From Planctomycetota bacterium (GTDB lineage: Bacteria; Planctomycetota; B15-G4; JADJEK01): DNA of 64,000 nucleotides. Location: NCBI GenBank assembly GCA_052034255.1, contig JBPOIU010000020.1, forward strand, positions 777 to 64,776. The letters run 5' to 3'. Every line of letters starts with the position of its first letter. Position 1 is the first letter of the stretch. The position numbers and the translations under genes were made by a program. Shown here piece by piece: positions 28,109 to 37,878 of this stretch. The notes under the pieces are model-generated. The model saw only the letters and a program-made list of their open reading frames with translations. It searched no databases and was not told the DNA's origin.

Positions 28109-29671
28109 TTACGGCAGACGGATCTCGATCGCGTCCGCCGCACCGAGGTTCGCCGCGTTGTGGAACGGGTCGTCCACCAACAGCACGAACATCGCGGACA
28201 GGTTCAAGCCGTTGACTCCCGGCGGCACGGGCAAAGCGATCGGCGGCTGGACGCCGAGGGCCGAACCGCCCGGGTTCGAGATCCCGTTCAGGAAGATGAA
28301 GAACGGGAAGTTCGGATCGAGCCACAACCCGGGAGTCGCATCGCCCGGGATTTGCAGCGGCGCCGGCGGGTTGCCGGTCAAGAACGGCTGCATCAGCAGG
28401 ACCATCCCGTTGCCCGTCAACGATCCGTTCGGCGACTGGAAGCCGAGCGTGATCGTGTCGCCCGCGAACACCGGATAGATTCCCGCCGGATTCGGCACGA
28501 ACAGACCGTTGATCGCGACTTGCATCGCCGCGTCGGTGCCGTTGCCCGGGTACGCCGGTCCCAGCACGGGGACGACCGCGACGCAACGCGGCGTCCCGAA
28601 GTCGACCGCGGCCAAGGTGTCGGTGTAGACCGTCGCTTGCTCGGCCCCCGCGATCGTCCCGCTGTGATCGGAGTCGGTCAGCACGTACAAGCGGTCGGGC
28701 GCGCCGTCCTCACCGACGTACAGCGAGCCGTCCTGCGCGACGTCGCACTGCCACATCGTCGATCCGGCGCCCGCGAAGAAGAACTGCGAGAACTCGCCCG
28801 CGCCCTGCGCGTCGCCGCTCGCATCGGCGTCCTTGATCTTCCAGCACAGATCGTTGCCGTGGTCGAGGACGTACACCTCGTCGGTCGGCGTGCGCGCGAA
28901 CCCGAAATGGAACGCATTGCCCGCTTGGGCCGGCGCGATGAAGTACGCGTTGACCTCGTTCGGCTGATCGATGACGCCGCTGGCGTCCAGATCCACGAGG
29001 CGATACACGCCGCGCTTCGGCGTCGCGGTGATGCCGTTCTCGAGGTACAGGACCGTGCCATCCGACAGCACCAGCACGTCGTTCGGGATCGAGTCCCCGA
29101 CCGCACCGCCGGGCGCCGGCTTGAAGAACACCGTCGCCTCGCCGACGTCGTTGTAGTCGTCATCGGAGTTCAGATCGTCGAGATGGAACACGAGGTCCTC
29201 GCCCGTCACCACCGACGAGATGATCTGGTTGTTGCTCGCGACCCAGACCCGCCCGCTCGGCTCGACGTACAGCGAGTTGCCGGACACCATGCGCACGTTC
29301 GACGCGTTGCCGCCGACCGTGCCGTCGAACACGACGACCGCCTCGCCGACGTCGTTGGCGTCGCCGTCTTGATTGAGGTCCTCGAGGCGGAAGATCCGAT
29401 CCTCGGTCGTATCACTGACGAACAGTCGACCGAACGCGTCGAACGCCAAGCCGGTCGGATCCGATAGCGCGATGGCACCGACGGTGTCGTCGTAGAACGC
29501 TGTGAGGTCTCCGGCGTCGTTCACGTCGCCGTCGCCGTTGTTGTCCACGCACAGCCACAGCTTGTCGCCGGCGGTGTCGGACACGATCGTCGGCTGGATC
29601 GTCGCCGCGGATGCGGAACTCAGGATCGCGGCGGTCGCGAGCGCGACCCCGTGGACTCGACATCGGTTCAT
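28109..29671 (-). CDS. secreted repeat (beta-propeller-like) protein with Ca-binding-like DLNxDGDxNDxGE motifs and the shared C-terminal domain
   Basis: ATG at 29671 with GGAGAG at 5-nt spacing. Signal peptide. Five or more repeats of D(N/L)NxDGDxNDxGE...F. C-terminal 100 aa alignable to the other four proteins. Confidence 0.65.
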   Translation of the reverse strand: MNRCRVHGVALATAAILSSASAATIQPTIVSDTAGDKLWLCVDNNGDGDVNDAGDLTAFYDDTVGAIALSDPTGLAFDAFGRLFVSDTTEDRIFRLEDLNQDGDANDVGEAVVVFDGTVGGNASNVRMVSGNSLYVEPSGRVWVASNNQIISSVVTGEDLVFHLDDLNSDDDYNDVGEATVFFKPAPGGAVGDSIPNDVLVLSDGTVLYLENGITATPKRGVYRLVDLDASGVIDQPNEVNAYFIAPAQAGNAFHFGFARTPTDEVYVLDHGNDLCWKIKDADASGDAQGAGEFSQFFFAGAGSTMWQCDVAQDGSLYVGEDGAPDRLYVLTDSDHSGTIAGAEQATVYTDTLAAVDFGTPRCVAVVPVLGPAYPGNGTDAAMQVAINGLFVPNPAGIYPVFAGDTITLGFQSPNGSLTGNGMVLLMQPFLTGNPPAPLQIPGDATPGLWLDPNFPFFIFLNGISNPGGSALGVQPPIALPVPPGVNGLNLSAMFVLLVDDPFHNAANLGAADAIEIRLP

Positions 29672-29829
29672 GGATCTCTCCGTCTGGCAAGACCGTGGTG
29701 TGGGTTCGAAGCTCCGCGCCCTAGCGGCCATCGGGCGCGGGAAGTAGGCCGACGTTGTAACCGAAGTCGGGTCGCGCGGGCGAGAGGTCGCGTCGATGGG
29801 TGCGGCGCGTGGGTTCGCGCAGTGAACGG

Positions 29830-31119
29830 TCACTCGAGTCGCATGAACACGGCCTTCAAGTACTCGCTCTCGGGGAAATCCGACGCGACCGGGTGATCCG
29901 CCGCGGCGCCGGTGCGCGCGAGGATCTGCATACGGCGCGCATCGTGCAGCACGCGCCCTTCCGCGTCCGGTGGACGCTCGGCGCCGGCCTGGCGCGCGGC
30001 CGACAACAACAGCTTCATGAACTCCGCTTCGGGCAACAAACCCGCGCACGAGCACGACAGCAGCAAGCCGCCGGGCTTCACGAGCCGCATCGCGAGTCGA
30101 TTCAGATCGAAGTGCTTCTTCGTGCCGTCTTCGATTTCCTGCCGCGTGCGGATCAACTTTGGCGGATCGAGCACGACGACGTCGTAGCGCACGCCGTGCA
30201 GGATGCGATCGCGCATGTACGTGAACGCATCGGCCTGCACGCAGTGGATGCGCACCTGATTGAGGTTCGCGTTGTCCTTCGCAACGGCGAGCGGCTCTTC
30301 GTCGAGATCGACCGCGGTGACTTCGGCCGCCTTGCCGAGCGTTTTCGCCGACACCGCGAAACCACCGGTGTAGCAGCACAGGTCGAGCACGGACTTGCCG
30401 GCGCTCCAGTTCGCGATCTGGCGGCGATTGTCGCGTTGATCGCAGAAGAAGCCGGTCTTGTGCGAGCCTTCGAAGCGCACGCGGTAACGCACCCCGTGCT
30501 CTTCGATCGTCACCTGCGGCGGCAGGCCTTCGGACGCGATCGGTTGCGGCTCGTAGCCTTCTTGGCTCAGGAACTGCGGTGACGCGCGCACCAGCGTGTG
30601 CTTCGTGCCGAGCTTCGCGCCGATCCGTGCCAGGAGTTCCGGAGCACGTTGGAACCAGCCGAGTGAGAAGCACTCGGCGGACAGCACGTCGCCGAGGCGA
30701 TCGACGACGAGTCCGGAGAAGCCGTCGGACTCGGCATGGATCACGCGGTACGAGTCGGTCACGTCGTCGAGTTGCAGCACGTCGCGGCGCAGCGCGATCG
30801 CACGGTCGATGCGCGCGTCGATGAACGCGTCGTCCGGCAACGCGTCACCGTGCTTCAGCAGGCGCACCGCGACTTCGGACCGCGGATTCCACAGCCCATA
30901 ACCCAGCACGCGCCCCTCTTCGCTCTGCACCAACACCCAATCGCCGGGTTGGGCCTTGCCCGTGACGTCGGCGACGCGCTTGCGATAGATCAGCGGGAAC
31001 GCGCCTTGGGTCTTCACGATCGCGGTCGGGATCGGCGCGCGTGGATTCGGCACCAACGGACGCGCGGAGGTCGGGCGGGATCCGGTTTCGGGCTCGGGCT
31101 TCTTGCGACGTTCGGGCAT
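29830..31119 (-). CDS. rlmI: 23S rRNA (cytosine1962-C5)-methyltransferase RlmI
   Basis: PUA-like N-terminus, SAM-MTase motifs VLDLCCYTGGFAV and VVLDPP. C-terminal catalytic Cys region SCSCAG is typical of RlmI. Confidence 0.8.
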   Translation of the reverse strand: MPERRKKPEPETGSRPTSARPLVPNPRAPIPTAIVKTQGAFPLIYRKRVADVTGKAQPGDWVLVQSEEGRVLGYGLWNPRSEVAVRLLKHGDALPDDAFIDARIDRAIALRRDVLQLDDVTDSYRVIHAESDGFSGLVVDRLGDVLSAECFSLGWFQRAPELLARIGAKLGTKHTLVRASPQFLSQEGYEPQPIASEGLPPQVTIEEHGVRYRVRFEGSHKTGFFCDQRDNRRQIANWSAGKSVLDLCCYTGGFAVSAKTLGKAAEVTAVDLDEEPLAVAKDNANLNQVRIHCVQADAFTYMRDRILHGVRYDVVVLDPPKLIRTRQEIEDGTKKHFDLNRLAMRLVKPGGLLLSCSCAGLLPEAEFMKLLLSAARQAGAERPPDAEGRVLHDARRMQILARTGAAADHPVASDFPESEYLKAVFMRLE

Positions 31120-31126
31120 GGTCCAG

Positions 31127-31708
31127 TCAGTCGATTCCGTCGAACAGTGCGCCTTGCTTCGGCGGCAACAGGCGGCGAGCACGCAGCGTCTCCAGGACGA
31201 GCGGCAGCTGCTGATCGCGCTGCGCCGGCAACGGAGTCACGCGTTCGGTCAGGCCGAAGCTCTCGACCAATTGGCCGACGCGGTCGTGGATGTCGCGCTG
31301 GAAGCGGCGCGACGTCGAACGCATGCGGTCCTTCGTGACCTCGTCGTCGACGATCGGCACCCAGAACAACGCGTCGTACGTGCGACTCCAATGCTCGAGG
31401 AACGCCCGGAGCCACGGTTGTTCGCCGAACGCCCGCACCAAGTACGCGTAGTTGTCGAGCACCGCGCGATCGCAGATGACGAGTTCGGTGCGCCGCTGCG
31501 CTTCGAGTTCCTCCTGCCACTGCGTCGACAGGATCCACAGTTGGCTCTCGAGCGTCGTGCCTTCGTTGATCGGGAAGGGCGAGCGCCGCGAGTGCTCGAC
31601 GGCGACGTCGGCATCGACGCCAGCGGCGCGCAGTTGCGCCGCGACGGTGAACGTCAGCACGGTCTTGCCGACTCCGTGGGTTCCGATGAAGGCGATCTTT
31701 CCGGACAT
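31127..31708 (-). CDS. P-loop NTPase / AAA-family ATP-binding protein
   Basis: Walker A IAFIGTHGVGKT. About 193 aa. Sits immediately upstream of rlmI on the same strand. Confidence 0.55.
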   Translation of the reverse strand: MSGKIAFIGTHGVGKTVLTFTVAAQLRAAGVDADVAVEHSRRSPFPINEGTTLESQLWILSTQWQEELEAQRRTELVICDRAVLDNYAYLVRAFGEQPWLRAFLEHWSRTYDALFWVPIVDDEVTKDRMRSTSRRFQRDIHDRVGQLVESFGLTERVTPLPAQRDQQLPLVLETLRARRLLPPKQGALFDGID

Positions 31709-31821
31709 CGGGCGGGAGCTTATCAGCCCATCGAAACGGGATCACGTCGACGAAAGCGCGCCACGCGTCGAGGCCCGGCGATACCGTGCGCGTCCTCCCT
31801 GTTGCGCCGAGGAGCGCTCCG

Positions 31822-34329
31822 ATGCTGCGCGTCACGACCTTGCTCACCGGACTCGTCGCGTTGGTCGCGCTCGACGCCAACGCGCAAGGAACACGCGCCG
31901 ACTACGCGCGCGCCGCCGCGCTGCAGGATGCGACGGCGCGCGCCGTCGACGGCGCGCTCGGGCGGCCGCGCTTCATCGGCAACGGCGATCGGTTCTGGTA
32001 CCGCGTACGCACCGGTGCGGACGCGACGCGCGTCGTGGTCGTCGACCCGGAGCGCGGGACGCGCGAACTCGCGTTCGATCCGTTGCCCCTCGCCCGCCAA
32101 CTCGCGGAACTCACGAGCCTCGCGGTCGACGGCGAAGACCTCGCGCTCGAGCGGCTCGAGTTCGACGACGACCTGCGCTTCGCGCGCTTCACGTTCGGCG
32201 GCGCGCGGTGGTCGTTCGAGCGCGCGACGCGCACGCTCACGCGCCTCCCCGCCGATCGTGCCGCACCCGGGATCGATCCGCGGCAGGCGCCGTTCTCGAG
32301 GCCCGGTGGCGACGGCGTGTCGCTGGTGTTCGAGAATCCGACCGCCGAAGCGGTCACGCTGATCTGGGTGGATCCCGATGGCGGTCGGCGCAGCTACGGC
32401 TCGTTGGCGGCCGGTGGCACGCGCGGGCAATCCACGTACGTGGGACACGTATGGATCGTCGTCGACGCGCGCGGGGAGGATCGCGTCGCGTTCGTCGTCG
32501 CCGAGGACATCGATCGATTCGTCGTTCCGACCGACGCGGTGCGGGAGTCCGCTGTGCCGGATCGGAGTCCGGCGAGCCCGCCCGGGAGCGCGACGGATCC
32601 ACATGTCGAGGACGGTGCGCTCCTCGTCCGCGCGGAGGACGGCACGACGATGCGGCTCGACGCAGGCCTGGGCCAACGCTTCCGCGACGACCTGTATCCG
32701 TCGGCGACGGGATCGCATCTCGTCGCGATGCGCGCGCCGATCGTCGAGGAGCGCCGGATCCCGTTGATCGAGTCCTCGCCGTCCGACCAAGTGCAGCCGA
32801 AGTGGCGCACGATCCCGTACGCGAAGCCAGGCGATCCACTGGAGATCGGCGTGCCGGCGTTGTTCCGCCGCACCGCGCGCGGACTCGAGGAGATCCCGAT
32901 CCAACCCGCCGACGTGTTCGCCTCGCCGTGGGCGATCGACGACGTGCGCTGGGCGCGCGATGCATCGCGCTTCACCGTCCGCTACGTCGCGCGCGGCCAC
33001 TCCGCGCACCGCCTGATCGCGATCGACGCGGAGAGCGGCGTCGCGACCACGCTGCTCGAGGACGCGTCGGCGACGTTCGTGGACACCACGCAGAAGACGT
33101 TCCTGCATTGGATCGACGACGGCGACGACGCGTTGCTTTGGATGAGCGAGCGCTCGGGCTGGAACGGGCTCGAACTCGTGGACGCGCGCACCGGAGCTCG
33201 CACGTCGATCACGCCGCCCGGCATCGTCGTGAAGCGCGTGGTGCACCGCGACGACGGAGCGCGCCGCGTGTGGTTCATCGCCTGCGGCCTGCACGCTGCG
33301 GAGGACCCGTATCACGAGCACCTGTGCGCCGTCGGCTACGACGGCTCGAGTTTCGCGCAGCTCACGAGCGGCGACGCGACCCACGACATCACCTTCACTC
33401 TGTCGCGGCGGTTCTTCGTCGACGTCGCATCGCGCGTGGATCTGCCGCCGGTGGCGGAGTTGCGACGCACGGTCGACGGCAGTCGGGTGGTCGCGTTGGA
33501 ACGCGCGGACTGGACGCGACTCCTGACGACGGGTTGGCGACCGCCCGAACGTTTCGTCGCCAAAGGTCGCGACGGCACGACCGACATCTGGGGCATCCTG
33601 ATCCGACCGTCGCAATTCGATCCGGCCCGCAAGTACCCGGTCGTCGAGCAGATCTACGCCGGCCCCCACGATGCGCATGTGCCGAAGGAGTTCGCCGCGT
33701 TCTCCGGCGCGCGCCGGATGGCCGAGCTCGGCTTCATCGTCGCGCAGATCGACGGCATGGGCACCAATTGGCGCAGCAAGGCCTTTCACGACGTGTGCTG
33801 GCGCAACCTCGCCGACGCCGGGCTCCCCGACCGCATCGCTTGGTTGCGGGCCGCGGCGGCGACGCGCCCCGAGATGGACCTCACCCGGGTTGGCATCTAC
33901 GGCGGCTCGGCGGGCGGGCAGAACGCGCTCGCCGCGCTGCTGCATCACGGCGACTTCTACTCCGTCGGCGTGGCGGACTGCGGCTGCCACGACAACCGCA
34001 TGGACAAGGTGTGGTGGAACGAAGCGTGGATGGGCTACCCGATCGGCCCGTGGTACGCCGAGAACTCGAACGTCACGCACGCCGCCGCACTGACCGGGAA
34101 GCTGCTGCTGATCGTCGGCGAACTCGACGCGAACGTCGACCCGGCCTCGACGATGCAGGTCGTGAGCGCGCTGATCGCGGCGGACAAGGACTTCGACCTG
34201 CTGGTCATGCCGGGAGTCGGCCACGGTGCCGCCGAATCGGAATACGGCTCGCGCCGACGGGCCGACTTCCTGGTGCGCCATCTCTGGGGGGTCGAGCCGC
34301 GAGCCCCCGAGGCCGCCGCCGCGCGCTGA
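31822..34329 (+). CDS. S9 family peptidase (DPP-IV-like propeller plus prolyl oligopeptidase alpha/beta hydrolase domain)
   Basis: Signal peptide. C-terminal catalytic region GIYGGSAGG (GxSxGG nucleophile elbow), ELDANVDP and GVGHG (His). N-terminal about 300 aa of unknown function. Confidence 0.8.
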   Translation: MLRVTTLLTGLVALVALDANAQGTRADYARAAALQDATARAVDGALGRPRFIGNGDRFWYRVRTGADATRVVVVDPERGTRELAFDPLPLARQLAELTSLAVDGEDLALERLEFDDDLRFARFTFGGARWSFERATRTLTRLPADRAAPGIDPRQAPFSRPGGDGVSLVFENPTAEAVTLIWVDPDGGRRSYGSLAAGGTRGQSTYVGHVWIVVDARGEDRVAFVVAEDIDRFVVPTDAVRESAVPDRSPASPPGSATDPHVEDGALLVRAEDGTTMRLDAGLGQRFRDDLYPSATGSHLVAMRAPIVEERRIPLIESSPSDQVQPKWRTIPYAKPGDPLEIGVPALFRRTARGLEEIPIQPADVFASPWAIDDVRWARDASRFTVRYVARGHSAHRLIAIDAESGVATTLLEDASATFVDTTQKTFLHWIDDGDDALLWMSERSGWNGLELVDARTGARTSITPPGIVVKRVVHRDDGARRVWFIACGLHAAEDPYHEHLCAVGYDGSSFAQLTSGDATHDITFTLSRRFFVDVASRVDLPPVAELRRTVDGSRVVALERADWTRLLTTGWRPPERFVAKGRDGTTDIWGILIRPSQFDPARKYPVVEQIYAGPHDAHVPKEFAAFSGARRMAELGFIVAQIDGMGTNWRSKAFHDVCWRNLADAGLPDRIAWLRAAAATRPEMDLTRVGIYGGSAGGQNALAALLHHGDFYSVGVADCGCHDNRMDKVWWNEAWMGYPIGPWYAENSNVTHAAALTGKLLLIVGELDANVDPASTMQVVSALIAADKDFDLLVMPGVGHGAAESEYGSRRRADFLVRHLWGVEPRAPEAAAAR

Positions 34330-34551
34330 TCGACTCCGTTCGACAGCCGTCGCATCCGGCGACGCCTCTCGAACGGATTCGATCCGGCACAAGGTGTCCG
34401 AGGCGGCGCCCCGGTCGCGAAGCGAACGACCCTGGACTGTCCCACCCATGCGCCGACGGCGTCACGAGTTCGGAACTAATCTCGAAACGGCGGGAGAGAC
34501 GATCTGGACTCCGGATAGCTTGGTCGTTTTCCATTCGAGCCGGAGCACGTC

Positions 34552-36360
34552 CTGAGCCTTCCTTCCCCCCCGTCCGCGTTCGCCTCGCTCGGACTCTCTC
34601 CTCCCGCGCTCGAGGCCCTCGCGCGACTCGGCTTCCAAACGCCGACCCCCATTCAACTTCAAGCGATCCCCCCGGCGCTGGCCGGGCACGACGTGATCGG
34701 CGGCGCCGCGACCGGCACCGGCAAGACGGCGGCGTTCCTCCTGCCCCTGATCGACCGACTCGCAGGCAAGCGCGGGACACGCGCCCTGGTGCTCGCGCCC
34801 ACGCGCGAGCTCGTCATGCAGATCCTCGAACAAGTGCATGCCCTCGGCGGCAAGCGCCACTACCGCGGCGCGTGCATCATCGGCGGCGAAGCCATGGGCC
34901 CGCAGGTCCGCGCGCTGCGTGAGCAGTACGAGATCATCGTCGCGACGCCCGGTCGCCTCTGCGACCACCTGAACCGCGGCAACGTGCGCCTCGACCAGAT
35001 CGAGGTGCTCGTGCTCGACGAAGCCGACCGCATGCTCGACATGGGCTTCCGCGCGCAACTCGATGCGATCCTGAGCCGCGTCCCGCGCGCACGCCAGACG
35101 CTGCTGTTCTCGGCCACCATCGGTGGCGAGGTCGGCGGCTTCGCGAAACGTCACCTGAAGGACCCCGTCCGCGTCGAAGTCGCGAAGAGCGGCACGATGG
35201 CGCGCAAGGCCACGCAGGCCGTCTACCACGTCCACGAAGCCGACAAGCCGGCGCTGCTGCTGTCGTTGCTGGCGAAGGACGAGGATTCGACGCTCGTCTT
35301 CACCCGCACGCAACACCGCGCGGACAAGCTCGCGAAGACGCTGGCGCGCGTCGGCATCAACGTCGCGCGGATCCACGGCGGGCGGTCGCAAGCACAACGC
35401 AAACACGCGCTCGAGGGCTTCCGCGCCGGCGCGTACCGCGTGCTGGTCGCGACCGACATCGCCGCGCGCGGCATCGATGTGGTCGGAATCGGGCACGTCG
35501 TGAACTTCGACCTCTCCCATTCGCCGGAAGACCACGTCCACCGCGTCGGACGCACCGCGCGTGCGGAAGCGTCCGGCCATGCATCGACGCTGGCGTCGGC
35601 ACCGGAAGGCAAGCTGCTGCGCGACATCGAGCGCTTCACGCGCACGCAGTTGCCTCGCTGCGAGCTGCCGGCCGACCTCGCGCATTGGCGCGCCGAGATC
35701 GAGCGCACGTTGACCGAGGCGCGCACGAACGCGAGTTCGCGACCGTCGTCCCGGGCACACGGCGGTGGCCACGGTCCGAGCCATGGCGGCGCGCACGGCA
35801 AGTCGCGTGGCGGTCGTTTCGGCAGCAAGGGCGGTTTCGCCTCGCGCGGCGATCGGGCCGATCGGGCCGACCGCGAAGGCTTCGGCGAACGCGGTTCGTA
35901 CCGGGATCGCGACGCATTCGACGACCGCTCGCACGCCGAGCCGCGCCGGCCGCACCGCGACGACTCCGCTCCGCGTCCGACGTCGTCGCACGGCGGCGCG
36001 CGGCGGCCGTATCGCGCCGAGCCGGCAGCGCAGGGTGAACGCGACGCGCACGCGCCGCGCTCCGAACGCGCTCCGCACGCCCCGCGCCCGCAACGCGACT
36101 CCGACGCTCGGCCGTCGCGCAGCAAGTGGGCTCCGCGCAAGCCGCGCGGAGACTTCGCGCCGCGCCCGCCGCGCGGCGATTCGACCTCGAACCCGCGATC
36201 CGGGGATGCTGCGCCACGGCACCCGGATTCCGGTTCCGCGCCACGACCGCACCACGGTGGTCGGCACGGTCCGCACAAGTCGTCCTCTTCGCAAGGGTCG
36301 TCCCGCGGCTTCACGCCCGCGCGCGACCGTAATCCCCATCGCAAGAGAGGTCACGCCTGA
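34552..36360 (+). CDS. DEAD-box ATP-dependent RNA helicase with Arg/Gly/Ser/His-rich C-terminal tail. Start codon unresolved (putative CTG).
   Basis: Q-motif FASLGLSPPALEALARLGFQTPTPIQ, motif I AATGTGKT, DEAD (VLDEAD), SAT, HRVGRTAR. The Q-motif lies upstream of the first canonical start (GTG 34693). No ATG/GTG/TTG occurs between the in-frame TAG at 34516 and 34693. GGAG lies 6 nt upstream of CTG 34552. Confidence 0.75.
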   Translation: MSLPSPPSAFASLGLSPPALEALARLGFQTPTPIQLQAIPPALAGHDVIGGAATGTGKTAAFLLPLIDRLAGKRGTRALVLAPTRELVMQILEQVHALGGKRHYRGACIIGGEAMGPQVRALREQYEIIVATPGRLCDHLNRGNVRLDQIEVLVLDEADRMLDMGFRAQLDAILSRVPRARQTLLFSATIGGEVGGFAKRHLKDPVRVEVAKSGTMARKATQAVYHVHEADKPALLLSLLAKDEDSTLVFTRTQHRADKLAKTLARVGINVARIHGGRSQAQRKHALEGFRAGAYRVLVATDIAARGIDVVGIGHVVNFDLSHSPEDHVHRVGRTARAEASGHASTLASAPEGKLLRDIERFTRTQLPRCELPADLAHWRAEIERTLTEARTNASSRPSSRAHGGGHGPSHGGAHGKSRGGRFGSKGGFASRGDRADRADREGFGERGSYRDRDAFDDRSHAEPRRPHRDDSAPRPTSSHGGARRPYRAEPAAQGERDAHAPRSERAPHAPRPQRDSDARPSRSKWAPRKPRGDFAPRPPRGDSTSNPRSGDAAPRHPDSGSAPRPHHGGRHGPHKSSSSQGSSRGFTPARDRNPHRKRGHA

Positions 36361-36467
36361 ACTCTGCACCCAATTCGCCCGCGTCCGCGTCTCGCGATCC
36401 TGATCGGCCTTGGACCTGGAGCTGGTTCACGTGGCTCCCCGGCGAGGGGCTCACGCTGGCTTGGATC

Positions 36468-37214
36468 GTGCTGATCCATGTCACGTCGATCGTCGGATTG
36501 ATCCTCTACCCCTGGCCCGGGATCTCGATCGCGGTGGCCGCCTACGCGCTCTACTTCCTCGGCGGGCTCGGCACGACGGTGGCCTACCACCGCGCGCTCG
36601 CCCACCGCGCGCTGAAGCTCCATCCGATCGTCGAGTGTCCCCTGGTCGCATTCGCGATCTTCAATGGTTCGGGCACGCCGGCCACGTGGTCGGCGAATCA
36701 CCGCAACCATCACGCGAATGCCGACACCGTGCGCGACATCTCGAGTCCGCGCATCGGCGGCTTCTGGTGGTCGCACCTGCGCTGGCTGTGGCAAGCGTCG
36801 TGCAGCCCGGTCGACCGCTGGGCTCCGGATCTCGACACGCCGTACTGGCGGTTCTGGACCCGCGCGCAGGTTCCGATCCTCGCGCTGTCGTTCTTCGGTG
36901 GCTTGCTGATCAGCCCGGCGGCCTTCTTCTGGCTCGGCGCGATCCGACTGACGGTGTCGCTGCACGCGCAGTGCTTCGTCAACTCGCTCGCGCACATGAA
37001 GAAGGGTGTCGCGCCGGGTGAGGACTCGAGTCAGAACCTCGCGTCGCTCGGCCTCGTCCATTCCTTCCAGGGCGAGAACTGGCATCGCAACCACCACGCG
37101 GAACCCAACAGCGCGCGACTCGGTCGCGGCTGGGCGCAAATCGACCTCGGCTGGGTCTTGATCGTGACGCTCGAGAAGCTCGGGCTCGCGACCAAGGTTC
37201 GTCGACCGAACTGA
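36468..37214 (+). CDS. membrane fatty-acid (acyl-CoA/acyl-lipid) desaturase
   Basis: Three His boxes HRALAH, HRNHH, HRNHH, with two TM hairpins before the first box. GTG start. Confidence 0.75.
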   Translation: MLIHVTSIVGLILYPWPGISIAVAAYALYFLGGLGTTVAYHRALAHRALKLHPIVECPLVAFAIFNGSGTPATWSANHRNHHANADTVRDISSPRIGGFWWSHLRWLWQASCSPVDRWAPDLDTPYWRFWTRAQVPILALSFFGGLLISPAAFFWLGAIRLTVSLHAQCFVNSLAHMKKGVAPGEDSSQNLASLGLVHSFQGENWHRNHHAEPNSARLGRGWAQIDLGWVLIVTLEKLGLATKVRRPN

Positions 37215-37235
37215 ACGCCGCGGCGGCGCGCCGCT

Positions 37236-37739
37236 TCAAGTTCCCGCGGGAACGGCTGCGGTGGGCATCGTCGACGGGCTCGGAGACGCCGCGGACGTGG
37301 CGCCTTTCGTCGCGTCGACTGCGAGGATGCGGCGCTTGACGTCGCTCGTCGACACGCCCTGCGTGTACGGCACGTACTTCATGCGGATGCCGTGTTCCTG
37401 CAGGAACGCTTCGTCGATGCCGAGCTGGCGCACGAGCGAATCGCCGGTCCAGTCGTCGCCGTGCAGGATGAAGTCGGGGCGCAGCAGTTCCATGTAGACG
37501 CGCTGCATCGCGTGCGACTCCATGACGAACGCGAGGTCGACGTAGCGACACGCGCGCACGACTTGGAGGCGCTCGAGCTCGTTCATCACGGGCTTGCCCT
37601 TGTACGAGGTCGTGAACGCGTCGCTGTTCAGCGCGACGATCACGTAGTCCGCGATCTCCCGCGCGCGACGCAGCAGATTCACGTGTCCGGCATGGAAGCA
37701 GTCGAACGTGCCGCCGACGTAGATGCTCGTCTTCTTCAT
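37236..37739 (-). CDS. cytidylyltransferase-like (nucleotidyltransferase HxGH family; TagD/ECT-like)
   Basis: MKKTSIYVGGTFDCFHAGHVNLL contains the HxGH motif. About 167 aa. Convergent with the desaturase. Confidence 0.7.
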   Translation of the reverse strand: MKKTSIYVGGTFDCFHAGHVNLLRRAREIADYVIVALNSDAFTTSYKGKPVMNELERLQVVRACRYVDLAFVMESHAMQRVYMELLRPDFILHGDDWTGDSLVRQLGIDEAFLQEHGIRMKYVPYTQGVSTSDVKRRILAVDATKGATSAASPSPSTMPTAAVPAGT

Positions 37740-37878
37740 GACCGTGCTCCGACGGGAGAACCCGCGAGTCTCATCGGACCCGCCGGAGCGCAACCTTGAG
37801 CCGAACGGGGACGGAGGCGCGTCTGTCCCCGTCAGCCCGACCGCGAGCCCAACGGGGACGGAGGCGCGTCTGTCCCCG

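Noticed and set aside
34462-36369. 635-aa minus-strand ORF covering the DEAD-box helicase locus
   Set aside because: Antisense to a helicase with all canonical motifs. Extremely Arg-rich. Typical high-GC shadow ORF.
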